This document shows positions 14,405 to 14,972 of a stretch of 14,972 bases of DNA, in pieces (the stretch's first letter is position 1; each line of letters starts with the position of its first letter). The stretch is from a virus: UHGV virus genome UHGV-1739818; one strand, written 5' to 3'. Below the pieces are notes generated by a model. That model was not told where the DNA came from. It saw nothing but the letters and a program-made list of their open reading frames with translations, and made no database searches. The translations under genes were made by a program, and so were the position numbers.

Positions 14405-14972
14405 ATGGAACAGTTCAAGAAGAAAAAATTACCGCTTCTTATTGCCGGTGCTGGTGGCAAGAAAAGTAAAAGCTCCAGCCGTACCCCGGTTGAAGCTGAT
14501 GATACTGTCAATTCTCGTGCTATGGCAGCCATCCTCGACCTTCTTGGCGAGGGGGTTATCGGTGGCCTGGTAAATGGCGCAAAGTCGATCTTCATCGACG
14601 ATTTACCGATCTTGAATGAAGATGGCTCTTCCAACTTCAGCGGTATTACATGGGATTTTCGTGACGGCTCACAAGATCAGACGCCAATGGCTGGTTTTGA
14701 TTTTGTCGAAACGCCTAAGTCCGTAAATATTCAGCTTAAAAAAACACACGACGTTACGGTTTCAATCGATAACGATGAAGCTGATCGCGTTCGTGTCATC
14801 ATGAAATTCCCCTCTTTACGTAGCGTTGATAAAAGCTCTGGCGATACAAATGGCACTACGGTGAAGTACAAATTCCAGATCGCCAACGCAGACGCAACAT
14901 TTTCTGATGTAGTGGCAGAAGGTGAGAAAAGCGTTGATATCACGCTAACGGCAAAGAAAACCGGCGTGTATT
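14405..14972 (+). CDS. Tail tip / central fibre protein, lambda gpJ homologue, N-terminal part (3' end beyond window)
   Basis: ATG 14405 with AAGGA 10 nt upstream, open to the window end (not in the ORF track because there is no stop). Translation MEQFKKKKLPLLIAGAGGKKSKSSSRTPVEADDTVNSRAMAAILDLLGEGVIGGLVNGAKSIFIDD… parallels the lambda gpJ N-terminus. Confidence 0.8.
   Translation, partial: MEQFKKKKLPLLIAGAGGKKSKSSSRTPVEADDTVNSRAMAAILDLLGEGVIGGLVNGAKSIFIDDLPILNEDGSSNFSGITWDFRDGSQDQTPMAGFDFVETPKSVNIQLKKTHDVTVSIDNDEADRVRVIMKFPSLRSVDKSSGDTNGTTVKYKFQIANADATFSDVVAEGEKSVDITLTAKKTGVY

Noticed and set aside
676-14943. All minus-strand ORFs in the track (for example 2288..2647, 3181..3501, 7847..8332, 9543..10082, 11020..11562, 12498..12983, 13261..13770, 14380..14634)
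   Set aside because: Every one lies inside a well-supported plus-strand gene, none has a convincing SD or start context, and the translations are low-complexity or Cys/Arg-rich. They are shadow ORFs of a unidirectional operon.
1-14972. Searched for CRISPR arrays, tRNA or tmRNA genes, integrase, transposase or IS ends, toxin-antitoxin or defence/anti-defence cassettes
   Set aside because: No regularly spaced direct repeats, no tRNA-like cloverleaf candidates and no recognisable recombinase or defence-related motifs; the window is fully accounted for by virion structural genes.

Overview
The window is one contiguous, entirely plus-strand virion morphogenesis (late) module of a tailed dsDNA phage or prophage with siphovirus-type organisation. 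All calls are from reading the ORF translations and sequence by eye; no database or profile search was run. Gene order: 3' part of terminase large subunit, portal, coiled-coil scaffold, major capsid protein, intrinsic terminator, a protein of tandem Big_2 Ig-like domains, two proteins of unknown function, a head-tail adaptor that appears split across two reading frames, two neck/tail-completion proteins, major tail protein with a C-terminal Big_2 domain, a G/GT-type tail assembly chaperone pair with overlapping -1 frame, tape measure protein encoded as two abutting ORFs, then clear homologues of lambda gpM, gpL, gpK, gpI and the start of gpJ. No rRNA, tRNA, CRISPR array, transposase or integrase was recognised, and no minus-strand ORF looks real. 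I did not find a defence or anti-defence cassette. The points most worth a second look are a gapped dyad motif (TAAGT-N4-ACTTA) present twice with related half-sites at several gene junctions, the two apparent frame breaks in essential genes (adaptor and tape measure), and an Ig-domain gene bracketed by hairpins directly after the capsid gene.
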